DNA of 33,679 nt, from contig JAWODM010000078.1 of the NCBI GenBank assembly GCA_046483305.1, positions 1-33,679 of the forward strand. Direction: 5' to 3'. Origin of the DNA: Candidatus Krumholzibacteriales bacterium (lineage in GTDB: Bacteria; Krumholzibacteriota; Krumholzibacteriia; Krumholzibacteriales; WJIX01). Position 1 is the first letter of the stretch; each line of letters opens with the position of its first letter. The position numbers and the translations under genes were made by a program. Shown here piece after piece: positions 26,143-33,679 of the stretch. The notes under the pieces were generated by a model. The model saw only the letters and a list, made by a program, of their open reading frames with translations, was not told where the DNA came from and searched no databases.

Positions 26143-26559
26143 TCAGGCCAGCTCCCTGCCTGTAGCGGCGGGAACCATTCGGCCGAATTTTACACCCTTC
26201 ATGGATGTAAGGTTGTCGCAGAACTCCTTCACTTCTTTTATATTGCCTCTTATTATCTTTGCTTCCAGACAGTTATCATGATCCAGGTGTATATGAAGTG
26301 TGGCCATGATTTCTCCCGACCAGGAATGTTCCTTTCTGAGAAGAGACCTGGAGAGCTCTCTCCTGTGGTGGTCAAATACCATTATGAATACGGTTACTGC
26401 CTCCTCGCCGCTGCTTTCCCACTCATCCTCCACGATGGCCTTTCTTATAAGGTCCCTGATCGCTTCCGACCTGTTAGGGTAGCTCTTCTTCTCTATAAGC
26501 CGGTCGAATTTCTCCAGCAGGCTGTCCTTCATCGATACACCGAAACGGGTAGTTTCCAT
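26143..26559 (-). CDS. nikR: Nickel-responsive transcriptional regulator NikR
   Basis: RHH domain TRFGVSM...LL.KFD......Y.NRSEAIRDLIR; metal site H...LHIHLDHDNCLE; ATG 26559 after GGAGG. Confidence 0.93.
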   Translation of the reverse strand: METTRFGVSMKDSLLEKFDRLIEKKSYPNRSEAIRDLIRKAIVEDEWESSGEEAVTVFIMVFDHHRRELSRSLLRKEHSWSGEIMATLHIHLDHDNCLEAKIIRGNIKEVKEFCDNLTSMKGVKFGRMVPAATGRELA

Positions 26560-26693
26560 GGAAACCTCCAATTAGCAGCTTTTATTATCAACTGTCATAT
26601 ATTAAACTCCTTACGGGAGTGTAACACTGAAGTACCGGTTATATAAGAGTTTTTTCATACAGAAGCGCCTTCTTTTCGGAGGAGACCCTTCCG

Positions 26694-27374
26694 ATGGACA
26701 AAGTGAGCGGAGCTGAGGAAATTTATAATATTCTCTTCCGTTATTACGGGCCGAGGGGATGGTGGCCCCTCATACGGCCAGGAGGGTCCAGGCCGGAGTA
26801 TTTCGTAACCCTGGAGAGCCGGGAGCAGGTATTCGAAGTTGCGGTTGGAGCGGTGCTGACTCAGAATACCGCCTGGCGCAATGCTGCCGGAGCGGTAGCC
26901 GAACTGAACAGGACAGGAAATCTGAATCCAGGCCGGATACTGGACCTGGATCAGCGGAAGCTGGCAGGGATTATTCGATCTTCCGGCTATTACAACATGA
27001 AGGCCAGGAAACTTAAGGCGCTTGCCCGATTCTTTTCCGGGAACAGGGAGGTTACCAGGGATCAGCTGCTTTCCGTTTACGGGATAGGCCCGGAAACAGC
27101 CGATTCCATTCTTCTCTACGGATTCGGGGAACCCTCCTTCGTGGTTGACGCCTATACATGCAGGATTTTCAGCAGAATCGGGATTTTGAAAAAATCTCCG
27201 GAGTATAATCGCGTAAAAGAATATTTCGAACTGCACCTGCCCGGAGACCCCGGGCTATACGGGGAATACCACGCCCTGATAGTCGAACATGCCAAGAATT
27301 TCTGCCGCAGGTCTCCTCTCTGCGGCGGATGCCCCCTTGACCGGATTTGCCGGTTCGGCAGCAACGGGGCCTGA
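26694..27374 (+). CDS. Endonuclease III-related HhH-GPD DNA glycosylase with [4Fe-4S] motif
   Basis: GWWP, FEV.VGAVLTQNTAW.N, SGYYN.KA.KL, LLSVYGIGPETADSILLY, FVVDAYT, EYHALIV.H and C-X6-C-X2-C-X5-C. Confidence 0.92.
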   Translation: MDKVSGAEEIYNILFRYYGPRGWWPLIRPGGSRPEYFVTLESREQVFEVAVGAVLTQNTAWRNAAGAVAELNRTGNLNPGRILDLDQRKLAGIIRSSGYYNMKARKLKALARFFSGNREVTRDQLLSVYGIGPETADSILLYGFGEPSFVVDAYTCRIFSRIGILKKSPEYNRVKEYFELHLPGDPGLYGEYHALIVEHAKNFCRRSPLCGGCPLDRICRFGSNGA

Positions 27375-27652
27375 TAACCGGCCCCGCATTCAATTTACAG
27401 GCGATTTGTGAACGTTTCTTGCGGTTAATCAGAACAGAGGGAGATATTAGATTTTCCTGCAGCGTGTGTGTAACTTGTTGCCGGCAAATCGGTTACAGGG
27501 AGATAATCGCTAGGGGGGTAGAAGTTATTGATGTGTATATCTCTCTGGAATAAAAAGAGTTAAGTAAAACCGGACATCGGAGCCGGAATCGATGGCAACT
27601 GAAAGGATATCTGCCACGCGGTGAATATTCATAACGCTGAAAGCAGAGGTTG

Positions 27653-27973
27653 ATGAACGGGTTCAGAATAGAACATAGCCGGGGAAGAAAAGGAACCTGC
27701 CGGATATCGATGTCCGGCAGGTTCGGGGCTTCCGCCGCCCTGCAGCTGGAGGATAAGCTGAGGGAGCTGCTGGACGGAAATGCCAGGGAAGCCAGAATAA
27801 GTCTTAAAGAGGTGTCATCACTTTCCCGCGAGAATCTCGGAGTTTTGTTCGGGATGGCGGTCTCTTTCAGGGAAACTGGCGGCTCTCTCCGGCTGAGAGA
27901 TATCCCGCCGGTTGCCGAGGCCGATATTAAGGTACTGATGGGACAGGATTACTTCGAACGGATAACTGAATAA
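27653..27973 (+). CDS. STAS domain protein (anti-anti-sigma-like), atypical
   Basis: ISMSGRF...A...LE..L, ISL.EV..LS...LGVL, GG.L.L and LMG...F; the stop overlaps the next start (TAATG). Confidence 0.75.
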   Translation: MNGFRIEHSRGRKGTCRISMSGRFGASAALQLEDKLRELLDGNAREARISLKEVSSLSRENLGVLFGMAVSFRETGGSLRLRDIPPVAEADIKVLMGQDYFERITE

Positions 27974-29406
27974 TGAACAGAGACAGGAAATCAGGCAGCG
28001 GGGGGATTGGAACTGGGAATCAGGGAAATACCCGGACAGATAAGGGGAACAGCCCCGATCTCAATCTGGACAGGATCAACCGGTTGAGGGCTGAACTGAG
28101 AAGGAAGGAGAGCCTCCTTGATGCTTGCCTGGAAATGGCTCATAAGATGTTCAGCCAACCCGATATTGTGCGGATCTGCCGGTTGCTTTGCATGGCCCTT
28201 TCCGGCAGGCTGGGAGTGGAAAAATCAGCGGTTTACCTGAGCCCCGGTGACTGTGGGGGTTTTAAACTCAGGCACGAACTGGGCAGTGGGACGGAGCCGG
28301 CTCCGGAAACAATAAATCCGGCCGGAGGGTTCAAGAGGTGGCTGGACAACAGGGATATTCCGGCCTATATGGATGATTACTACAGGTCCAGGGGTGGCAT
28401 AGGGAAGGGTGAGGAAGGATGGATGGAAGGTCTGATAAGAGCGGGATATTCCTGGGCGGCTCCACTCAGGTCCGATGGTGAAGTGCTGGGCCTGGCGCTG
28501 CTGGGCGGGAAGGCCGGCAAAAGAGATCTTAAAGATCCTGACCCTGAACTACTGAGTGTAATAGTGGCGATCGGCTCCTCGGCGGCGGCGGGGGCTCTGT
28601 CTATTTCTGAAAGTACGGTAGATCATTCCGGCGGGCTCGATTTTGCGAGGTTCAAGGAGGAAGAGCTGGCCAGGCGTTCTTTCGAGCTGGACACCCCTCT
28701 GACCGTCCTGAAAAGCACCCTGTGGTCTGTGGAGAGCGGCACGCCGGGAGGGGACCTGATGATAGATATGGCCAGGGACGCCCTGGTAAGCCTCCAGAAG
28801 CAGATAACAGAACTTGCCAGTATTGCCGAACTGAAATTCAGGGGAACCGAACTGAACCTGAGCAGAACCGATATATCGGATTTGATCAACGATTCACTCA
28901 GAAAATTCATTCCGGAGATAGAACAGAAATCTGTTTCGGTGGATTACTCGGAAAAGATTCACAGAGAGGTGATGGCTGACCCGGAAAAGATGGAACTGGC
29001 TTTCACCGCTCTGATAGAAAGAATGGTCAAACAGCTGCGGCCGGCAGGCAGGCTGGAGATTATAAATTCGGTCAGCGAAACAGGCCCGGGGCGGGAGGAG
29101 GGCGCCGAGATAAGGGGATGGGATAATGGCGGGATGAAAGAGGCCGGAAAGGTGGCGGACCCTCTGGATAGAGAGCTTGCGGATATCGGGGCGGGTGGCT
29201 GGGTTACCATAAGAATCCTTGCTGATACCGAAAACCCCAACTTGCCTGAGTCTTTGATATCAGGAAGGGGCTCTTACGGAAATGCGGAAGATGGGCCTCT
29301 CATGACAGCGCAGAAAATAATCTCCGAGCACGGGGGAGGGGTGTTTCTTAACACAGCCGCAGACGGAAGGGCCGTTATTTCGATATGGTTGCCGGCATTA
29401 TTCTGA
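27973..29406 (+). CDS. GAF-domain protein with degenerate HisKA/HATPase (pseudo-histidine kinase)
   Basis: GAF features (APL...GEVLGL.LLG.K.....D..LL), then FKEE.LARRSFELDTPLT.L, V.ADPEKM..AF..LI and QKIISEHGG.V...ISIWLP. Confidence 0.8.
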   Translation: MNRDRKSGSGGIGTGNQGNTRTDKGNSPDLNLDRINRLRAELRRKESLLDACLEMAHKMFSQPDIVRICRLLCMALSGRLGVEKSAVYLSPGDCGGFKLRHELGSGTEPAPETINPAGGFKRWLDNRDIPAYMDDYYRSRGGIGKGEEGWMEGLIRAGYSWAAPLRSDGEVLGLALLGGKAGKRDLKDPDPELLSVIVAIGSSAAAGALSISESTVDHSGGLDFARFKEEELARRSFELDTPLTVLKSTLWSVESGTPGGDLMIDMARDALVSLQKQITELASIAELKFRGTELNLSRTDISDLINDSLRKFIPEIEQKSVSVDYSEKIHREVMADPEKMELAFTALIERMVKQLRPAGRLEIINSVSETGPGREEGAEIRGWDNGGMKEAGKVADPLDRELADIGAGGWVTIRILADTENPNLPESLISGRGSYGNAEDGPLMTAQKIISEHGGGVFLNTAADGRAVISIWLPALF

Positions 29407-29462
29407 GAATGATATCCGGACTCATCTGCAGATTGTAATTAACAAAAGCAGAGGCGTTCATT

Positions 29463-29500
29463 AAAAAGGCAGAAGCAGCAAGATGCGCCGCTTCCGCCTT
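29463..29500 (-). terminator. Rho-independent terminator of the cyclophilin gene
   Basis: Minus strand AAGGCGGAAGCGGC-gcatctt-GCTGCTTCTGCCTTTTT, a 14-bp stem with G-U pairs, about 28 nt after the stop. Confidence 0.8.
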
Positions 29501-29528
29501 CTCTGATTTCAGTCTTTACGGAAGATAA

Positions 29529-30137
29529 CTACTCTTCCTTTTTCCCCTTGCCTTCTTCCTTTCCGGCCACCCGCATCGATTCGATGATAACCTTTTTGAC
29601 CGGCTGGTGCATCCCGTCCTTCATCCTGGCTTCCACTTTTCCTATCTTATCGATAGTCTCCTGTCCTTCTACTACCTTGCCGAAGACCGCGTATCCGTAC
29701 TGAGATTCGCCCTTGTGGTCAAGGGCCGGGTTGTCCTTCAGATTAATGAAGAACTGGCTGGTAGCGCTGTTTATCTCGTTGGTTCGGGCCATCGATATGG
29801 TGTACCTGTCGTTTTTCAGCCCGTTGTCAGCTTCATTCTTGATTGGGGCGGCAGTCTCCTTCTTGATATTGTCGACGGTATACCCTCCGCCCTGAAGTAC
29901 GAAACCTTTTTCGACCCTGTGTATGAGGGTTTCATCGTAGAATTTGCTATTTACGTAGTACAGGAAGTTTTCAACCGTTATGGGAGCCTTTTCCGGATAC
30001 AGCTCCAGGGTGAATTCCCCCTTGTTTGTCACCACGTGTACTCTCGGATTGTCCTTGGCCGCGGCGTCCAGAGCAACCGCGAACAGAGGGAGGGCCAGAG
30101 CAATGGAAAGCACGGAAATAATCAGCTTATTCAGCAT
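29529..30137 (-). CDS. ppiA: Periplasmic cyclophilin-type peptidyl-prolyl cis-trans isomerase
   Basis: Signal peptide; KAPITVENF..YV...FYD.T..HRV..GFV.QGGG, IKNEA.NGLKN, ISMART...NSATSQFFIN and GYAVFGKV; ATG 30137 after GAGGAGG. Confidence 0.92.
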   Translation of the reverse strand: MLNKLIISVLSIALALPLFAVALDAAAKDNPRVHVVTNKGEFTLELYPEKAPITVENFLYYVNSKFYDETLIHRVEKGFVLQGGGYTVDNIKKETAAPIKNEADNGLKNDRYTISMARTNEINSATSQFFINLKDNPALDHKGESQYGYAVFGKVVEGQETIDKIGKVEARMKDGMHQPVKKVIIESMRVAGKEEGKGKKEE

Positions 30138-30501
30138 ATTAACAACCTCCTCTTGGGTTAATGCCAACAGAATTCCAAATTATCGCCTGAATTTAATTTA
30201 TCATTTACGGGGATAAAGGTCAACCGATATCCGGGTACTGGCGGGAATAGGAACAGAGATCATGACCCACCTCCTGCTCTAAGGAAGCTTCTTTGTTTTG
30301 GGGAGGGGGAGTGGGCGGCTCTTCGGGGGGCGGTGGAGTCTGTGCGGGGTGGCGGGGAAGAAAAAGAAGAAGAACAACAGGAAACTTTATTTATATAAAC
30401 CCCAACATTTTCAAAAGTTTTTTTCTTTTAAAATATTCCCCTCTTCTGATAAGATAACATTAATAAATGTAAGATATAGTTTTTCACAGGGATGTAATGA
30501 T

Positions 30502-31386
30502 ATGGCAAAAACAATTTCATATGAACATGTTGATGTTTTTACCAGCAAGGCTTTCAGGGGGAACCAGCTGGCGGTTTTCCAGCGCGCCGGAAAACTTACT
30601 CAGAAGCAGATGCAGCTGATAGCCCGGGAGATCAATTTCTCCGAATCGGTGTTCATCTCAGGGTCCTCCCATAGGGATGTGGACGGAAAACTAAGGATAT
30701 TCACCCCTGCCGAGGAGATCCCTTTCGCGGGGCATCCCGTTCTGGGGGCGGCTTTTGTGATACTGAACCATAAAAAGGGGAGAAAGCCGTCGGAGATTAC
30801 CCTGGAGCTTAATTCAGGCATAATAAGCACGGAAATAAAGAAGACAGACAGTACATACAGGATATCGATGTATCAGCCTCTGCCGGAGTTCGGGTCGGCT
30901 CTTCAGAACAGGGGACAGGTAGCCAAGGCTTTAGGGCTGGGCAGAATGGAGCTGACCGGGGGCGGGGTTGTTTCCAACGGGCTCTCCTTCCTGATTGTGG
31001 AGGCGGAAAGCGAAGAGTCGGTTAAGAACGCGAAGCTCAATACCGAAAAAGCGTTTAATATCGCATCCCGGTACAATGTCTGCGGGATATACCTGTTTTC
31101 CCGGGTGGAGAAGAAGAAGGTGGATATACATGCCCGCTTTTTCGCCCCCTCCCTTTCGGTGACAGAGGATGCGGCCACAGGTTCCGCCGCCGGGGCCATG
31201 GGTGGATATTTGGCCAGACTGCGTAAGTTTCCGCGCCAGGCAAAGTGGATGATAGAGCAGGGAGTCGAAATGAAGAGGAGAAGTTCGATAAGGGTGGATG
31301 TTACCTGCGACAGGGGATTGCTGGATACTGTGAAGGTCACCGGTACCGTCGCTTATGTTGGTGAAGGCAGGATAATGCTGCCGTAG
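30502..31386 (+). CDS. PhzF family (phenazine biosynthesis-like) isomerase/epimerase
   Basis: VDVFT...F.GNQLAV, MQ.IARE.NFSE, RIFTP.EEIPFAGHP, ARFFAP...V.EDAATGSA and IEQG.EM.R. Start set at MAKT (30502). Confidence 0.92.
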   Translation: MAKTISYEHVDVFTSKAFRGNQLAVFQRAGKLTQKQMQLIAREINFSESVFISGSSHRDVDGKLRIFTPAEEIPFAGHPVLGAAFVILNHKKGRKPSEITLELNSGIISTEIKKTDSTYRISMYQPLPEFGSALQNRGQVAKALGLGRMELTGGGVVSNGLSFLIVEAESEESVKNAKLNTEKAFNIASRYNVCGIYLFSRVEKKKVDIHARFFAPSLSVTEDAATGSAAGAMGGYLARLRKFPRQAKWMIEQGVEMKRRSSIRVDVTCDRGLLDTVKVTGTVAYVGEGRIMLP

Positions 31387-31536
31387 AATTATGGAAAATA
31401 TTAAATGGATGATGAAATTTTCCTGTTTCAGGGAAGAACTTTGAAGAATTTAATAATGTCCGTGTTTATTAGAAATAGTTGTTTATTTTTTCAGTAATTT
31501 ATGGTATTATATAAAAGTCGGGTTCATTTTTATTTA

Positions 31537-31605
31537 TACCGGGAAAGGTACTGAGAAGGCGGCCCGTGTGACCCTTTCATTGGTTCTCTTTTCCGGTGTT
31601 TTTTT
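31537..31605 (+). other. Long imperfect hairpin followed by T7: terminator or small-RNA candidate
   Basis: TACCGGGAAAG...CTTTTCCGGTG closing stem with inner GAGAAGG/CCCTTTC pairing, then TTTTTTT; TGGTATTAT (extended -10-like) lies at 31502-31510. Confidence 0.4.
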
Positions 31606-31646
31606 ATCTTCTGATTTATATTTTATTTGCTTACAGCGAGATATAA

Positions 31647-31680
31647 GAAACCCCGCAACCATGGGAAGCTGCGGGGTTTC
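31647..31680 (-). terminator. Terminator hairpin of the second S9 peptidase gene
   Basis: GAAACCCCGCA...TGCGGGGTTTC 11-bp inverted repeat about 25 nt after the stop, followed by TTATAT on the minus strand. Confidence 0.75.
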
Positions 31681-31705
31681 CTGCTGATCTAATCTGTAAT
31701 CTCCT

Positions 31706-33679
31706 TTATTTCAGGTATTTCTCGAACCAGCCGTGAATGGTGCCCCACCACAGCTCGGCGTTGAGAGGTTTCCTCACGAAGTGGTCCTCGTCCGGGTAGT
31801 ACAGCAGTCTGGATTCCACGCCCTGGCGCTGAAGCGCGGTGAACAGCTGCAGCCCCTGAGTATAGGGTACCCTGAAATCATTCTCGCCGTGAACAACCAG
31901 GCAGGGGGTCTTGAAGTTCGCGGCATATGTACTGGGGGAGAATTTGCGGTACATTTCCGGATTCTCCCAGGGGGTTCCTTTCATCTCCCATTCCGGGAAC
32001 CATAGCTCTTCGGTCGCCCCGTACATGCTTACCTGGTCGTAAACACCGTCGTGAGATACCAGGCAGTTGAACCTTTCGGTATGTCCCTCTATCCAGTTGA
32101 TCATGAACCCGCCGTACGAAGCCCCGGCGGCTCCGATATTGCTCTCATCGATAAAGGGATAATTCTCCAGCACGTAATCGGTTCCCTTCATTATATCGAT
32201 ATAGGGGCGCCCGCCCCAGTCTCCGCTGATGTCATTGGTGAACTGCTGTCCGTAACCGATGCTTCCGGTGAAGTTGACCATGGCTACTACATACCCGGGA
32301 GAGGCGAACATCTGCACGTTCCAGCGGTAATGGAATTCATTCCCGAAAGATCCCTGCGGGCCTCCGTGAATCAGCATCACCATCGGGTATTTCCTGTCCC
32401 TGTCAAAGAAGGGCGGTTTTACCAGCAGGCCGTGAACCTTCTTCCCCTCCGCTCCGTCGAACCAGAAGTATTCGGCGTCGTTCATTTCCAGTTCTGAGAC
32501 CAGCTTATTATTTATGCCGGTCAGTCTGGTTATGTCTCTGCCCTTATCAGTGGCCCTGAAAAGCTCTGTGGGATGAGCGATATCCTGACGGGAGAAAACT
32601 ATATGTTTTCCGTTGGGCGTGACCCTGAGGTTCATATTGAAACCGTCGCGGATAATGAAATCGGCCTCTTCCTTCTCGATGGATATCTTCCCGATCGATC
32701 TTTGGGCCTTATTTTCCGCGTTGAAGTAGATCGTCCTGCTGTCCGGCCCCCAGCAGAAGTGGGCGATGCTGTAATCGAAATTTTCCGTGAGATTGCGTAT
32801 TTTCCCGCTCTTTCTATCGTACAGCATAAGCCTGTAGCGGTCCGCTTCGAACTTCGGAGTAAGCTGCGCCCGGTAAGCTATATACCTGCCGTCGGGGGAA
32901 TACCTGGGGTTGTTGTCGTTTGAAAGGTTTTTTGATGTGATGCCCTTCGGCTCTCCTCCGGGCAGGTCCATGATATAGAGGTCGTTGTTGGTTGATGTGG
33001 CTATAACCTCATCGGGGTTCATGGTGAAGCAGATCTGACTGCCATCGGGGCTGAAGGCATAATCTCTTTCTCCGCCCAGGGATATGGGGGGAACGTCGGT
33101 CTCTCCGGTGTTGACTTCGGTGATTATCTCACCTTCGGTATCCGCCAGGAAGAGGTGGCTCCAGCGCCCCTCCCGCCAGTGGTTCCAGTGCCTGTACATG
33201 AGCTGGTCGATAACTCTGGCTTTTACCTCGCTGTTCTTGAACTCTTCCAGCTTTCTGCCGTTACATTCCATATCCTTGCATTCGGGATATACCCTGGAAG
33301 TGAAGGCTATGGTTTTTCCATCGGGGGACCAGAGCGGATCGGAAACTCCGGTCGGCACATCGGTGAGCTTCCTGGATTCTCCTCCGTCCACCGGGATAGT
33401 CCAGATCTGGGGGGTTCCTTCCCGGTCGGAAACGAACGCTATCATCCTGCCGTCGTCAGACCAGCAGGGCGAATAGTCATTTCCGGAGCTCTTTACAAAA
33501 CGGCGGGCGTTGCCGTCTTTTACCGAGGCCAGGTATATGTCGGTCTTAGATGAATTATCTTTCTTGTCGAACCAGGTTACCGTGAATACTATCAGCTCCC
33601 CATCAGGAGAGATCTCGAAACTTCCGATCCTTCCCATGGAGATCATGTCGTCGAAGGTTATTGCCCGTTTATCAGCGGC
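31706..33679 (-). CDS. S9 family peptidase (dipeptidyl-peptidase 5-like); 5' end lies outside the window
   Basis: The frame stays open to the window edge (AADKRAITFDDMISM...); PD40 repeats, YRHWN.W, IHGGPQG, GASYGG, GENDFRVP and YPDEDH. Confidence 0.94.
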   Translation of the reverse strand, partial: AADKRAITFDDMISMGRIGSFEISPDGELIVFTVTWFDKKDNSSKTDIYLASVKDGNARRFVKSSGNDYSPCWSDDGRMIAFVSDREGTPQIWTIPVDGGESRKLTDVPTGVSDPLWSPDGKTIAFTSRVYPECKDMECNGRKLEEFKNSEVKARVIDQLMYRHWNHWREGRWSHLFLADTEGEIITEVNTGETDVPPISLGGERDYAFSPDGSQICFTMNPDEVIATSTNNDLYIMDLPGGEPKGITSKNLSNDNNPRYSPDGRYIAYRAQLTPKFEADRYRLMLYDRKSGKIRNLTENFDYSIAHFCWGPDSRTIYFNAENKAQRSIGKISIEKEEADFIIRDGFNMNLRVTPNGKHIVFSRQDIAHPTELFRATDKGRDITRLTGINNKLVSELEMNDAEYFWFDGAEGKKVHGLLVKPPFFDRDRKYPMVMLIHGGPQGSFGNEFHYRWNVQMFASPGYVVAMVNFTGSIGYGQQFTNDISGDWGGRPYIDIMKGTDYVLENYPFIDESNIGAAGASYGGFMINWIEGHTERFNCLVSHDGVYDQVSMYGATEELWFPEWEMKGTPWENPEMYRKFSPSTYAANFKTPCLVVHGENDFRVPYTQGLQLFTALQRQGVESRLLYYPDEDHFVRKPLNAELWWGTIHGWFEKYLK

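Noticed and set aside
26615..26662. NikR operator (GTAACAC half-site and TCATAC)
   Set aside because: The half-sites do not form a properly spaced inverted repeat, and no nickel transporter is nearby.
27590..27610. TGGCA upstream of the STAS gene (also at ~2746 and ~24296) as sigma-54 promoters
   Set aside because: There is no GC at the required GG-N10-GC spacing.
30298..30501. N-terminal extension of the PhzF ORF
   Set aside because: It translates low-complexity and AT-rich intergenic DNA; family similarity starts at MAKT (30502).
1..33679. CRISPR arrays, tRNA/rRNA, transposases, prophage or anti-phage defence genes
   Set aside because: I saw no spaced direct repeats, RNA-gene signatures or such protein motifs; the macrodomain has no defence-type partner beside it.

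Overview
Gene-dense, moderately GC-rich bacterial chromosomal window from a diderm (it encodes an outer-membrane beta-barrel and a lipoprotein). One secreted protein ends in ...TEDSSWGAVKSIYRN, which tentatively suggests an uncultured FCB-group lineage such as Krumholzibacteriota/Latescibacterota; this is inference only. I see about 31 real CDSs and no rRNA, tRNA, CRISPR array or IS element. Contents: five peptidases (M29, two S9, C69, M50), adk, a PurF homolog, a DASS transporter, a PAP2 phosphatase, a flippase plus sulfotransferase pair, a GT4, NikR, an HhH-GPD glycosylase, a cyclophilin, PhzF and signalling genes. The standout is 17205-19377. A CapK/PaaK-type adenylate-forming ligase is fused to a PanD (aspartate decarboxylase)-like domain that has lost its pyruvoyl-forming residues. 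It is followed by a stand-alone PanD that keeps those residues but has lost Lys9/His11, which the fused copy retains. This reciprocal loss suggests a split, heteromeric decarboxylase docked on an amide ligase, near polysaccharide export and sulfation genes. Other oddities: a PurF with no glutaminase site, an internally deleted CLC channel, a His-less kinase coupled to a STAS protein, a MEMO homolog with a signal peptide, and an AT-rich islet with a sigma-54-type promoter.
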